In this document: piece by piece, positions 26,352 through 39,705 of the stretch | How positions within the stretch are numbered: position 1 is the first letter of the stretch | Layout: every line of letters starts with the position of its first letter | Source: Octopus sinensis | Lineage: Eukaryota | Assembly (NCBI RefSeq): GCF_006345805.1 | Contig: NC_043007.1 | Span: 56,482,001-56,546,000 of the forward strand | Length of the DNA: 64,000 bases | Direction: 5' to 3' | Position numbers and translations under genes: made by a program | The notes under the pieces: model-generated | Told to the model about the DNA's origin: nothing | The model's input: the letters and a program-made list of their open reading frames with translations, nothing else | The model's database searches: none

Positions 26352-27790
26352 TTGGACCTGATGGTTTATAGGGATTTTGGATTAAAAAGAAGTTCAGTAG
26401 TTGTCATAAATTTATCGCAGAGCAATTTAATGCCAATACGGAAGAAATCCCCGGCTGGTTGACAAAACGGACGAATGGTATTGTGTCAGAAGGATGCATC
26501 AAAGGGAAATGCTGCTGACAATTACAGGCCAATTTCTTGCTTCCTATTAATGTGGAAGTTACTGTCAGGGAGAATTTGATAAGAACTGTACAAATTTCTT
26601 GATGAGAACTACATATTACCGACGAATCAAAAAAAAAGATGCAGAGTTACCACCGATCAATTATTGATAGACAAAATGGCAATGCAAAATTGCAAACGAA
26701 GGAGAACACATTTGGGAATGGCCTGGATTGACTATTGCAACGCTTATATGTTTCAACATTCGTAGATCTTCGAGTGCTTAGATCTGTTTGAAATAGCGAG
26801 GAATGTAATGTATTTCCTGAAGAGAAATATAGTGGGATGCAAAACTGAACTGACATCTTAGGGAAAAACCACTTGGTATCAGAAGAGGGATTTTCCAGAG
26901 TGATTGTTTATTTCCGTTGCTTTTAGTTTTCTGCATGATACTCCTGACCTTGGTACAGAGGTAAATGACCTTGGGTACCAACTAAGGGGAAAATCCCAAA
27001 CAATCAGCCACCCCCTTTTCATGGATGATTTGAAACTTTATGGCAAGAATGAGACACAAGTATGTTCCTTGGTGTATACAGTCCACTGTTTTCGTGCTGA
27101 TATTGGAAAGGAATTTTGACTTAAGAAGTGCGGAAAAATCTACCTAGGACAAGGCAAGGTACAGTCCCTAGCAGAGATAGAATTATCGAATAGGGACTTG
27201 GTTAAACACATTGAAAATGAAGGCTACAAATACCTTGAGCTCAACGAGATAATGGAGAAGGAAATGAAAGAGCAACTGAGGTTGGAATATTTCCGAAGAC
27301 TATGGTTGGTGTTGCACTCAAAATTGACCTGATGGAATAACATTCAAGCAGTTAATATGTAGGTGATAGAATCACTTCGGTATGGAGCGGGAATTATAAA
27401 ATGGCAAAAGAAGCGATGAAAATAGGTACCAAGACCAGAAAAATGTTGGCAGAATACGGAGCCATCCACCGATAGGCTGTACTTGTCTAGAATAAAGGGT
27501 GGGAGAGGTTTGATCAGTTGCCGAGTCAGTATCGAAGCAGTGGAAAACAGCTTAGGGTGGTATATAAAAAATGCCGTGGAGCCATTGTTGAAACATACGA
27601 AGGTCGGTATCATCAAAACTGCAAATTGTGTAATGAAATAAAAATTCAAGGAAGAGATGAACACAAAAAACGGAAGAGCATGGAAAGGAAAGAATGTACG
27701 GTCAGTTTGCAAGAGCCGAAACATTATGTTAACAACAAACAAGATGAGGACAAATATCCGTCAAATGTCAAATGTACATAATGTAAATAA
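26352..27790 (+). mobile_element. R4/Dong-clade LINE RT remnant (different subfamily), following (AAT)n
   Basis: [48 protein letters not shown]; preceded by (AAT)n at 26259-26350. Confidence 0.85.
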
Positions 27791-27820
27791 TGTACACAAT
27801 TCCTCATCCCTTAAACATAA

Positions 27821-28125
<305 letters not shown>

Positions 28126-28599
28126 TTATAACTGAAAGGCTCGAATTTCCAGTATTCAGTATTATTCGTTTCCGATCATCAGGTAGTGAACTGGGCCAGC
28201 TTTTCTTCTGACTCTTTGAATATGTTTTGAAATATGAAATGAATTTTTTTTGTTTTATTTAAAATTTTTTGTGAGCCACGTGTGCAAAAACGGTTGCTTC
28301 GAGCTCCGTTTTTGATTCCGTTTCTGGTTCCCGTGATAATAATAAATGCCTTAAACTCTATACGGGTGAAGTTATTACTTTATTCATGAAATTGTGTCGT
28401 TTCTTAAGTAATGCTTTTAATTAATGTTTTTTCAAAACAATGAATGTGTTCATTTTGCATGCGCCCGTGCAGACGCATACATATAGACACATGCACGCTC
28501 ACAAAGATATACAGAATTATATATATGCCTGAATACATATGCATATATGTACGTATACGCACACGCACCCACTCATATTAAAACATATATCAATAAAAC

Positions 28600-29060
28600 A
28601 TTAATTGAGAATTTTGAATTAATACAGGAACAGTTTGAACGAAAGAAATGAACAGTGCTCCAAATTTTGTGCCACACCACTCGCTTCTGTTTCCCACTGC
28701 CTTAGATTTTCAGGACTAGGAAGCATGTCGTAGACGGAGCGAATCGGAAAGCTGACTGGCTTCCATGACCAAAGTTCTTTCCATCCAACCGTTCGTCCAA
28801 CCAAAGTTGAGTGATATGGCGTTCTTGATGGTTAGATCGTACCATTTCCGTATGGTGGTTTTTCGTTTCTTCTTTCTTTACCTGGTTGATTACTACAGTC
28901 CTCTTTTTCTCTTCCATAACATGATATAGTTTAAACTCATTGCTTCTGAGTCCTTACCTATTGGTCTGTGTGTGGTCCATCATATCCTATATTCTAGGAA
29001 TGCCCCAAACGTCTCCGTTGTCTTAACAGCTATCCGCTTTCTTTCAGTATTTATCTGTGG
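28600..29060 (-). mobile_element. RLE-type LINE fragment, HERO/NeSL-like
   Basis: GWKELWSWKPVSFPIRSVYDMLPSPENLRQW resembles the HERO post-RT motif SWxELW..ISFLIRATYDVLPSPxNLxQW. Confidence 0.6.
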
Positions 29061-29610
29061 TTGGGAGTAACGGATTAGTAATCTTTCGAAGCGTTCAGTA
29101 TGTCTACCGTCCGCACCTTACTATATTTGCACTGCTGAAATCTCTAATGGAGCAGTCGCTTCTCTATAAAATCGCGCGTGCAAGGTTCCATGACAATATA
29201 AATGTTACATTTTCGTTCATCTCATGTCAGTGCAATTTTGTACAGCATCCATGGCCATTGCACTCTAGGGGACAGAACAAATTGCAAACAACAGTTTGAA
29301 CTTGCCTGGTATTTATATATGTGCGTGTATATACATATATATATGTGTGTGTGTGTGTGTGTGCGTGTGTGTGTGCGTGTGTGTGTGTGTATGTGTGTGT
29401 GTGTGGTGTATATGTGTGTGTATGTATATATGCACGTATGTATGCATGCATATATGCGTATATGTGTATATATATATATGTGTGTATATATATATATGTA
29501 TGTGTATGTATATGTGTATATATATGTATATGTTTGCTATTTTCCAGTAAATATCGGTGCCTTGTTGTACCATTTATTTACTTATATATATATATATATA
29601 TATATAGCTC

Positions 29611-29813
29611 ATTTCTTTATTGCCCACAAGGGGCTAAACATAAAGGGGACAAACAAGGACACACAAAGGAATTAAGCCTATTACATCGATCCCAGTGAAT
29701 AACTGGTGCTTAATATATCGACCCCGAAAGGATGAAAGGCAAAGTCGACCTCGGTGGAATTTGAACTCAGAACGTAACAGCAGACGAAATACTGCTAAGC
29801 ATTACGCCCAGCG
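29611..29813 (-). mobile_element. SINE family B
   Basis: tttattgcccacaaggggctaaaca..aaggcaaagtcgacctcgg..gaactcagaacgtaac. Confidence 0.9.
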
Positions 29814-30549
29814 TGGTATCTATATATGTGTATACATACTATCATTAAGCTAGCATGTTTTACATTGATTTGATATCATTTTATCATATATTCCTATAGC
29901 CTATATGCGTAAGCGCGCGTGTCAAAAAACGCTAGCAAAACATGCAGCATGAAAGAAGCTCGAACAGCAACATTGGGAGCCGTTAAGTAGTTCAATAAGA
30001 TGAAATACAACTATGTTAAAAGAGCGTGCATTTATAACGTAATGAGACATCACTGTCTAAATATTGTCAAGAAATTTTTATATGTATATCTTTACTCACA
30101 CTTCAGTGTATTTTTAATACAGTTAGTATTATAAATGCTACTAAACACAATATCATTGTAAATACCGTTATCCTATCTGTGTTTATGCGTAGTGAAAAAT
30201 TAAGCCCATTTCATTCACACTGTCACTCTTATGATACAAACCGATCAAAAGAAGTGCATTGTTTGTTTATATATAACATGCAGTAATATAATCAAATATT
30301 TTATATACAAAATGAAAGTGAAATAAAGCAAACTGATATGTAACTATTTAAAAGCAATGTAATCTTAGAATTACTTGTGTTGAAAAGACAGATAAAGTAT
30401 ATTTACTATTGTTAAAGTAATGAAATATTAATTCCCTGAAGAACGTCGGCAAAATACACCAGCTGAAATTGTAAAAATTTAAAATAGTCAACTATAAGGT
30501 GCAAAGCAGTTGTTTACAGAACGCGCAGTTAATATTTAAAAAAACAATA

Positions 30550-30760
30550 GGTGGTGAACTGGCAGAATCGTTAGCACGCCAGCTAAAATGCTTCGCGGCA
30601 TTTCGTCCGTCTTTACGTTCTGAGTTCAAATTCCGCCGAAGTCTACGTTGCCTTTCATCTTTTCAGAGTTGATAAATACCAGTTGAGCATTGGGGTCGAC
30701 ATAATCGACTCATCCCCTCCTTCGAAATTTCTGGCCTTGCGCGAAATTTGAAACCAATAT
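30550..30760 (+). mobile_element. SINE family B
   Basis: ggtggtgaactggcagaatcgttagcacgcc..gttctgagttcaaattccgccg. Confidence 0.9.
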
Positions 30761-30976
30761 TAAAAAGTAATGATGAATTAATGAAGAATATTAACAGAAA
30801 ATAATATAAGCGGGACCAGCCATCTGAATGTGGCTAGGGACAGGGCGGGGTAGTGGGGGTGTTACTGATGCATTTAGCCCCAGGCGACTATAGACGTCAC
30901 CAGGAGAGCCGACACCATCACGGTGTCCTTGCTAGCCTGTAAAGGGAGATCAGCCTCCCCGAAGATACGGATGCTA

Positions 30977-31019
30977 CACACGGACCGGTTTCGAGGTGGT
31001 CGCCTCTCGTCAGCGCATG
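30977..31019 (-). ncRNA. Minimal type I hammerhead ribozyme, intact core
   Basis: Minus: catgcg-CTGACGA-gagg/cgacca/cctc-GAAA-ccgg-TC-cgtgtg; stem I 6 bp (2 GU), stem II 4 bp, palindromic stem III ACCGGT, GUC triplet; predicted cut between 30983 and 30982. Confidence 0.9.
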
Positions 31020-31335
31020 GCAAGCACCGTTCTTCGTTGAGGGACTTCCTCCACAGGCTAGAATATATAGATTTTCACTGTAAACACAGTCACTGGCGTC
31101 GAAAATCTGTTCGATAACAATAATAAATCTCTAAGCGAGGTATAAACAGTAACTGCTCTGTAATATAAGCGGGACCAGCCATCTGAATGTGGCTAGGGAC
31201 AGGGCGGGGTGGTGGGGGTGTTACTGATGCATTTAGCCCCAGGCGACTATAGACGTCACCAGGAGAGCCGACACCATCACGGTGTCCTTGCTAGCCTGTA
31301 AAGGGAGATCAGCCTCCCCGAAGATACGGATGCTA

Positions 31336-31378
31336 CACACGGACCGGTTTCGAGGTGGTCGCCTCTCGTCAGCGCATG
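31336..31378 (-). ncRNA. Minimal type I hammerhead ribozyme, intact core (second copy)
   Basis: Identical motif 359 nt away; predicted cut between 31342 and 31341. Confidence 0.9.
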
Positions 31379-31964
31379 GCAACACCGTTCTTCGTTGAGG
31401 GACTTCCTCCACAGGCTGAATGTGGCTAGGGACAGGGCGGGGTGGTGTCTATAGTCGCCTGGGGCTAAATGCATCAGTAACACCCCCACCACCCCGCCCT
31501 GTCCCTAGCCACATTCAGATGGCTGGTCCCGCTTATATTACAGAGCAGTTACTGTTTATACCTCGCTTAGAGATTTATTATTATTAACAGAAAAAAAGAC
31601 AATGAAACATAAGCTGTAACAATAAGAGCGAATCCTATTCCCATAAATGTTTAAACACAAAACGTTGTCAGCAACTGAAAGGGATTTAAAATAAAATATT
31701 GTCAGTATTAAAAAAAAGGAGGAAGAAAACACTATTAATGGTAATAAATGTGTAAGAAAAGAAATGAAGTTGTTGCAATATTTGAATATTTACTAAGTAG
31801 AAACTTAAATGAGAAGTTACTTGAGTTTGCGCTTGTGCATAAACTGTCGTACGGCCATGAACACTTCACTCCGGTCGGGGACAATATGAAGGATGTTACT
31901 GTTTGTCATTATGCTTGCATTACCGGAATTCCCTGATAAACATGTATTTTTAAAATAATATCGA

Positions 31965-32043
<79 letters not shown>

Positions 32044-32447
32044 AAATAAGAAGACAAAGAAAGAGTTTATGACATATTTCCTGACCAGTTAGAACTGTGT
32101 CTGCCCCAACAATTTTCACATCAATTCACGCCAATTCACATGAAACTTTGAAAATAATGTTGATACAGAAACAATTCTAATTGGTCTTTAATGAATATGT
32201 TAAACTCTTTCTTTATCTTATTTCGATTATATTTTGCTATTCGCTAACCCTACGCAATGGCTTTACCGTCGTGACACCTGAATTTTCTACAACACAAGAG
32301 TGTGGATAGCCTAATGTTCAGATTGATTGCTTCATTGGACTATGTATGTGGGTGTGTGTGTGGGGGGGGGGGTCCGCGCGAGTGTATAGATGGGTAACTG
32401 TACCATCGGTGTCTCATCCTACTTAAATAAAAAAAATTCAGCTATCT

Positions 32448-32660
32448 GAGGCGGTGATTGCAGGGGATTCACAGTATTGGTAGATTATCAAACAAAAGGC
32501 CAGGCGAAATTTAAGTTCAGGATTTTATCGTCTGAGTTCCAACTCCTTTACCTCTTTTCACCTTTCCTAGGATCAATAATCTTTCAATATGTGATCATTT
32601 GCCATGTAATACCACCTCAACCATAAATTATGCGGCTGTGAGATTTTGTTAGAAATCAAT
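32448..32660 (+). mobile_element. Old degenerate SINE family B copy
   Basis: gaggcggtgattgcag..gtctgagttccaactcc..cctttcctaggatcaata. Confidence 0.45.
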
Positions 32661-33068
32661 ATTTGTCTCTTACAGGAAGCATTTTCTTCTATTTATTTTA
32701 ATCTTTTTCTTATTTTCTATAGATTTACTTTTGATTTACATTTTATATGTCGGCATGTTAACAGGTTTCGGCATGTTCAGTGTCCTTACAATCAATTAGG
32801 AAAAGTAACATACATATAAATAACAAACAAAAAAGAAATGAGAAAACGACAGCGACATATTCACATGTCGTTGCAAGTATAATAATACAATAACTTAAGC
32901 CGAATCCTGTGATCTCAGTCGAAATATTTCAGTAAACATGAACGAGTATTTACCGTGAATGGTGTGATAATCATGTAAATAAACAATCATGAGCATTCCA
33001 CTTTACCTTACATCGTAGTATAAGCAACGTAGGTAAGAATGTTCACACATAGATATTCGTAAGCACAC

Positions 33069-33143
<75 letters not shown>

Positions 33144-35209
33144 GCACACACACACACACAAACGTACACATTTGTAGACAGCATATTTGTTTTCTTCGAA
33201 AGAGAAACTCCACACATATATGGCACATTTTAATATTGATGAAATAATAATAGCCCAGTATTTTTAATGACTGTTTAATGGTCCTGTTCAGAATTGATAT
33301 GACGAGTAATTCCCTCAGCAAAACGAGGTGATGCAGCTTGTTCTAATTTTATTTAAGCCAGTTCACTGCGTTTCCCTAAAACTCGATAGCTTTCGTTTCA
33401 GATTCATTCTTTACAGGAAGACATAGCTTGCGATTTGAACCTTACACCCTTCCAAGAGTTAAGGGATCTTTTCATATCAGCATGAAAGACTGAAATCATA
33501 ATGTATTCCTGTTGGGTGTTTTGAGGCACCAGGTGAAGTTTAAAAAATGTACCAAAGGTAAATGAAGTTTTAAGTACATTGTCAGGGGAAAATAGGATGG
33601 TCACAGGTGGAACACTTTTGTTAATAAAACTTCTCGTTCAGCATTCACCGGAAACTAAACAATAAGAGCAGCAGAATTTAAATTCTCTATTCAAAGTGAA
33701 TTAACTCGGTTTCCGAATATGAAACTCCAGAAAACTGGAGAAGATAAATTTTACTAACTACTTGGAATGTTTGTTAAAATCAGTGTACAATATTGTGCTG
33801 TAATTTTTTATTTGTCCTTACTTGGAACGGGGAAACAGCAAAAATATGTACTTAGAATTTATGATACTATGAAAAACTCGGTAGCTACTACACAGTGTCC
33901 AAGTTTTTTTCGAAACGATCTTTTATTTTTAAGTAGCAATGACGTAAGGATGGGTGAAGAAGAAAGATAACACCGTGGAAGATATTTGAGTATTATTCTC
34001 TTTTCTCTATAGATGATTATGTCAGTTTCAAATAAAGGAATCTTCATCAATAGCTTCATTATTCCACTGAACGGTAACACACTGAGTGGTGGATGTCAGC
34101 AATGAGCAATTATGCATCATAACAACAAGAACATTTTGTGTGGCAATGGAAGTTGAGATTTTCAAAGTTTTTTTTTAAATATTAAGGCAGTGCCCTTGTA
34201 TGACCGCAGTCCGATGGCTGAAAGAAGTAAAAGAATGAAAAATGTGCCAAACATTCAAGACACAATCAAAACTGTTAATATACTGGCCGTACGATTTAAG
34301 ATATAGAGAAGTTACATAGATATCATCGAAACTACTTTAAAAACTAATATAAACATAAATAAATATAATTATCTGATGTACACAGAATTGCTCTTAGAAA
34401 AGAAATGACATGAATAAGTCTCTAGTGTTATTGCATTTATTATTTTAGTGTCCTAGTAAGAGAAAAAAGCTAGAGTTCATGACTTTTGAAAAAAAAAAGT
34501 TATTTTGAATCCAAAGAGTAAAAATGAAGGCTTGCAAACAGAGTGTACACGACAGGTGACTGATGACATCTACCCAATTATTATTATAGACTGACTTGCT
34601 TACTCAATGTTTTCGTCGACCAAATTTCATTCATTTGTCTAAAGATCCTTGGGTAAAGCATTCTTCCAACATAGGAGCGTACTCTAAATCACATGACTGT
34701 GCTGTGAACTTCTAAACCACACCGGCATTCCTGAACCAATAATTATTTCATACATTTGTAGAAGGAAGACTAAAGTCGATTTAATCGACATAAACTAGAA
34801 TTCAGAACATAAAGAGGACATAATTAAACATTGCAAGGGTTTCGATCCACTTTTGCTGATTCTGCTCTTTATCGCTCTTTTTGTCCGACATTCTGCTGGT
34901 TCTGCTCTCTACCACCGCTTCTGTCATTAATAAAGTAACAATCTATAATAACGACTACATAAAAAGAAAGCAAAAAACAATATTTAGGAGAGCAGTGTGT
35001 CGATTTATTTGGCCCCAAGGTCTGATCTGGTACTTATTTTATTGATTTCAGAAAGATCAAAGGCAAAGTAGAGAACGTTAAATGGACGGTCTGTCATTTT
35101 GTCATGCTGTCTATTGATTCTGGCATTCAATGCTGTAGAACTATCGAAAATAATAGCAGCATTTATGTCTCTTATTCGCAATGAATGCAAACACCCAGAC
35201 GCACACGCA

Positions 35210-35278
<69 letters not shown>

Positions 35279-37002
35279 ACACACACACAAACAAACAAAC
35301 AAACATTCACGCTTGCAAAGTAACGCACACACGCACTATAACACGCATAGTGTTAGAAATTCCTTCTAATTCTCTTTGTTTCATGTCTGTTATTCTCTCT
35401 CTCATTTTCTCTCTCCCTTTCCCCTCTCTCTTTCTTTCTCTCTCACCCTTTTCCCCTCTCTCTCTTTCTCTCCCTCTTTCGCTCTCTCTTTCGGGTCTCA
35501 CTGCCATGGCACGTCAATCTTTAAGAGCGGATGCTGAACTCCACCTACTTTGAATAGCCCCTTATCGCTTACTTTTATCATGTCTATCCACTGGCCGCTA
35601 GTCTCTAAGACCCACCATTACGTCTATATCTGCTTCTTTATAAGTCTCTCTCCCTTTCTCTTAACTCCTCTCACCCTCCGTTTCTCTCTTTTATCCACTC
35701 TTACTCTCTGTCTGTCTGTCTCTCTATCTAACAAACACACACACACACATCCACACACACACATACACACACACACACACACACACATCCACACACACAC
35801 ATACACACACACACACACTATTTCAGATCGATGCCAACCGCTCATCTTGTTGGTTAATTCGTTTTGTACCTGTTGCTGCTGTCTTGGTTGGAAGATATTC
35901 TAAAGCAAACAGAACTCTCGGAGAAAATAGAATTCTTCACATACAAACACACGCACGCACACACACACGCACGCACTTGCGCATGCACGCACGCATACAC
36001 ACATATATACACACACACACACATATATATATCATTCATGCTCACTTTAGTGTTGTTCTGTTCACATTTTCTCCATCCAGTGGATTGTCCTTATTACTTT
36101 AACCTCTCTTCTTCTTCTGTTTCTTCTTTTTCTTCTTCCTCTTTTTTCCACCTAACTTAGCATTTCATTCCATCATACAATTATTCTTCTCTTACCAATA
36201 ATCTACATTTTCACCTACGTCTCACCTCTCTCTCTCTAATACTTTCATTTCTGTGTTTCTTTTTTATTTTACTGTTGTCATTAATTAGGCCCTGGCCAAA
36301 CTGGGGCACCGCATTTAAGCATTTTGATAGATTATATCGATGTTAGTGGTAAGTCGAGTACTTTTTCCTTTATCTCATGAAGTATTGACTAACACAAAGA
36401 CTACCTAGAAAGGTGCAACGCAGTGAAGTCACACTTAGAACTAGGTTATCGCTAAGCAAATTTCTTAACCACGAAGCCATCTATATATCTAGGCCCGCGT
36501 CAGTTGACACTTGATATAAATACAACAGTGAACATGGCAATATATGTCTTTTAAATTGCTACCATGACATTGCTTGCTTCCGGTTTAACTGTATGGTATA
36601 TTAAATGATCTGTATCTAGAATAATTCATGCTCTCCTTAAACGCTTTCAAAGTCAGAAAAACGTATCTTTGAAAACTAAAACTGGAAACCTACTAAGATG
36701 TATTTGGTAGAGGACAACAGGAATTTGTGCCCATGGATATAGTTTGCCAGTTATTTAGGTAACTCTAAGATAATACCATGACAAGCATAATATGATTGAT
36801 TTTATATCGTGGTTGATTTTTAGGGCACAAATATTTAGATTCCTTTCTTCTATGAACGCTCAAAAGGATTTTACGAGTCATGTTTAACACTCCCATTCTA
36901 ATTGCTTAGCTGTCATCAATCGTTGTCCGTGTCACTTCTGTTGTTAGGTTCTATTTTCGTACTTCTGTAAGCTTTTAAAATATTATTACTATTATTATTA
37001 TT

Positions 37003-37041
<39 letters not shown>

Positions 37042-37381
37042 AGCGAGAATAGTTTCCTCAAACGCCTCTTATACGTTACAAGGCTTTGTAACAACTATTT
37101 TTCTCTGATAAACATATTGACTCCCAAACAACATTAGCTATTGTACGATTTATGAAATACTTATCAATATTGACCTCAATATTTGTGTTTGAGATATTGG
37201 ACAATTGTCAATAATAAATCGTTTGTATTTAGTTCACCTTTGATTTATTGAATTTAGAAATAGTACAACAAAGATCTTAAACTCCATTGAAATGTTCATA
37301 GCTTCCCTTTGTAGCTGTTGATTTTGAAGAAGTGGTTTACGACCAGTGGTCACGTGTATATGTATATATATATATAATAAT

Positions 37382-37525
37382 AATATTAGGGAATAAATCC
37401 AAACTTACAGGGAAAAATTAGATTTAGGATTAAATCCAATTTTATAGTATAAATATATTATACTATTATATTTTCACTGTTTGATTTGCCTAATAGTGGT
37501 TTTATCTCTAATTTAATATAATAAT
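37382..37525. repeat. Short copy of the fold-back repeat at 18491
   Basis: Forward head followed directly by inverted ttcactgtttgatttgcctaatagtggttttatctc. Confidence 0.8.
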
Positions 37526-37555
37526 ATAATATACATATATCTGTGTGTGTGTGTG

Positions 37556-37594
<39 letters not shown>

Positions 37595-37689
37595 TGTGTG
37601 TGCGTGTGTGTGTATGTGTGTGTGTGAGTGTATGCATATGCATCTATGTCAGCTGAGACATTTTTGATGTTAACTTGATTTCTGAAAAG

Positions 37690-38600
37690 ATGGACGTTAT
37701 CTGCTGGAATCTTGAACTAAACCCCAAATCAGTCCTTTATGCTAATATAAACTACCAGAAGTATGAATGTTGTTCTATCATGAAAATTATGGGATTGTTC
37801 CATTTGAAAGTAGTTAACGTTTAGGTCTAGTCAGGATAAAATATTTAGCTTCATCAAATTGTTCTATAATTTCATTTTTTGCAATGGAGAAATGTTTCCC
37901 TTAGCTTACTTTAATAACTTTAGAATACCAATACAGATTTACAAGATACTAATTTTGTTTTGTGTTGGACACATGTTGTAGTTCAGAATTCTTGGACCAG
38001 TTACCTCTTTCGGGCATCTTGACATATGGTTGAGCGTAAAAAAGAATAGCCCTCAAAAGTGTTGCACAAAGATAATATTCTGGTTGAAGCTTTTCGAGAT
38101 AAAAAATATTTCTTTGATCACATTTTTGACATGTTCAACCATAGCATTCAAATAATTTACATCATAAATGTTGAAGTGTTGCAGCGGAAATATTGACGTT
38201 TTTCCTACTTTGAAGTATTTTGTTTCTCACCTAAATTGCAAGTTTGCAAGTTTTAACACACTATATGATACGAATTCTATTGGAGATACTGAGTTACAGC
38301 TATAGATTTTTGATCTATAATCACGAACATTTTTTTCGCCATACCAAAAATATTTCCCTCTAATATGCTACATGGTAAATCAGAATCTATTATAAAGTTC
38401 AATATTGATTAATTTGCAATGATTAAGATTTACAAATAACTGTTTACGAACATTTCCAATAAAAATTCATAGTCATCATTATTTCCTTCGACCACGTTGG
38501 TGTTATGTGTTTATCAAGAAGATTATCAAGTTCAACATTTCTTAACCCAGCATCAAAATACGTAGTTCTTTAAATATGTTGTGCTTATTTCTACCTTGGA
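37690..38600 (-). mobile_element. Possible degenerate Penelope RT remnant
   Basis: PEYYLCATLLRAIL..PYV and KLVSCKSV loosely match PLE RT motifs in the expected order. Confidence 0.3.
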
Positions 38601-38658
38601 ACTATAAAGAGGATACACAGAAAATTTATGGGAAGTATTTTTAACTTTAAAGCATGAT

Positions 38659-38840
38659 ATTTCCTTTTTAACCCATTAGCATTTAAACCGGCCATTATCT
38701 ACCAAAATGTTCTTCCTGTTTTGCATCAGAACTGGCCAGATCCAGCCTCTTACACCTATCTACAATGTCAACCTTAAAACAAATAATCACATCATCAACG
38801 TCGAGTAGCAATGAAATAATGCATGATTGATTCAAAAGGT
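38659..38840 (+). mobile_element. Terminus of a piggyBac-like (TTAA-CCC) non-autonomous DNA element
   Basis: ttaacccattagcatttaaaccggcc start; other end not found. Confidence 0.4.
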
Positions 38841-39534
38841 TAATATCATGATCATCATCATCTTCGTCGTCGTCGTCAGATTGTTCGTCATCATCGTTCC
38901 TATTGTCAACGTCATCATCCATTTTTATATATTTAAAAAAATTCTTCAACTCTGGTTCTTCTCACAGTCTCTATTTACCAAGCAATATATTTTAATCCAC
39001 CGAAGCTTACTCTAGACAACTCTTATTTCTTCTAAACTCAACCTCGTGCACACTCCAACCTATTTACAAGCCTGACCTCTCGTTTAATTTTACGCCAAAC
39101 ATCTTTCGGACTAACTTTCAGTTCCTGAGTCATTTATATATGCAGTTATATATGAATATATATATATGTATGTATGTGTGTGTGTGTGTGCGTGTATGTG
39201 TATATATGTATGTATGTGCGCGTGTGTATGTGTGTGTGTGTGTGTATATATATACATGCTTTTGTTTGTGTATGTTCATATGTATGTATGTGCGTACGTC
39301 TGTATATATGTGTCCCTGTGTGTTGCCTGTGTGAATGTGTGTTTTGAGTGTGTTTTCGACGTTTGGATATCAATTCCACACCATTTATCTTCCTACACAT
39401 TCACACACACTCACATGCAACCGGGCACATACGTGTACATTTATACCTAAATACGTAAATACATACACGTGCGCAAGCACGCCCACACCTACAACCAAAC
39501 CCACACCCATCTGCCCACACACACAAACACACAA

Positions 39535-39705
<171 letters not shown>

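Larger units (their letters stand above)
30802..31581 (-). mobile_element. Candidate non-LTR retrozyme: 359-bp monomer x ~1.7 plus inverted 5' segment, 13-bp TSD
   Basis: Direct repeat 30802-31160 / 31161-31417 (2 differences seen); inverted segment 31447-31581; tattaacagaaaa at 30789-30801 and 31582-31594; two intact HHRs; no meaningful ORF. Confidence 0.82.

Noticed and set aside
28160-28190. Minus-strand CTGATGA-tcg-GAAA
   Set aside because: Only 3 nt between the core boxes, so no stem II; no stem I partner.
30410-30480. CTGAAGA..ccagctGAAAttgta as a possible decayed hammerhead
   Set aside because: Stem II and stem I pairing are too poor to support.
33415-33557. Strong acceptor (ttctttacAG) and donor (aaagGTaaat) on the + strand
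   Set aside because: All three frames contain stops; no evidence for a coding exon.
34011-34071. Possible 61-nt + strand exon MIMSVSNKGIFINSFIIPLN
   Set aside because: Splice-like motifs are frequent in AT-rich DNA; no recognisable homology or partner exons.
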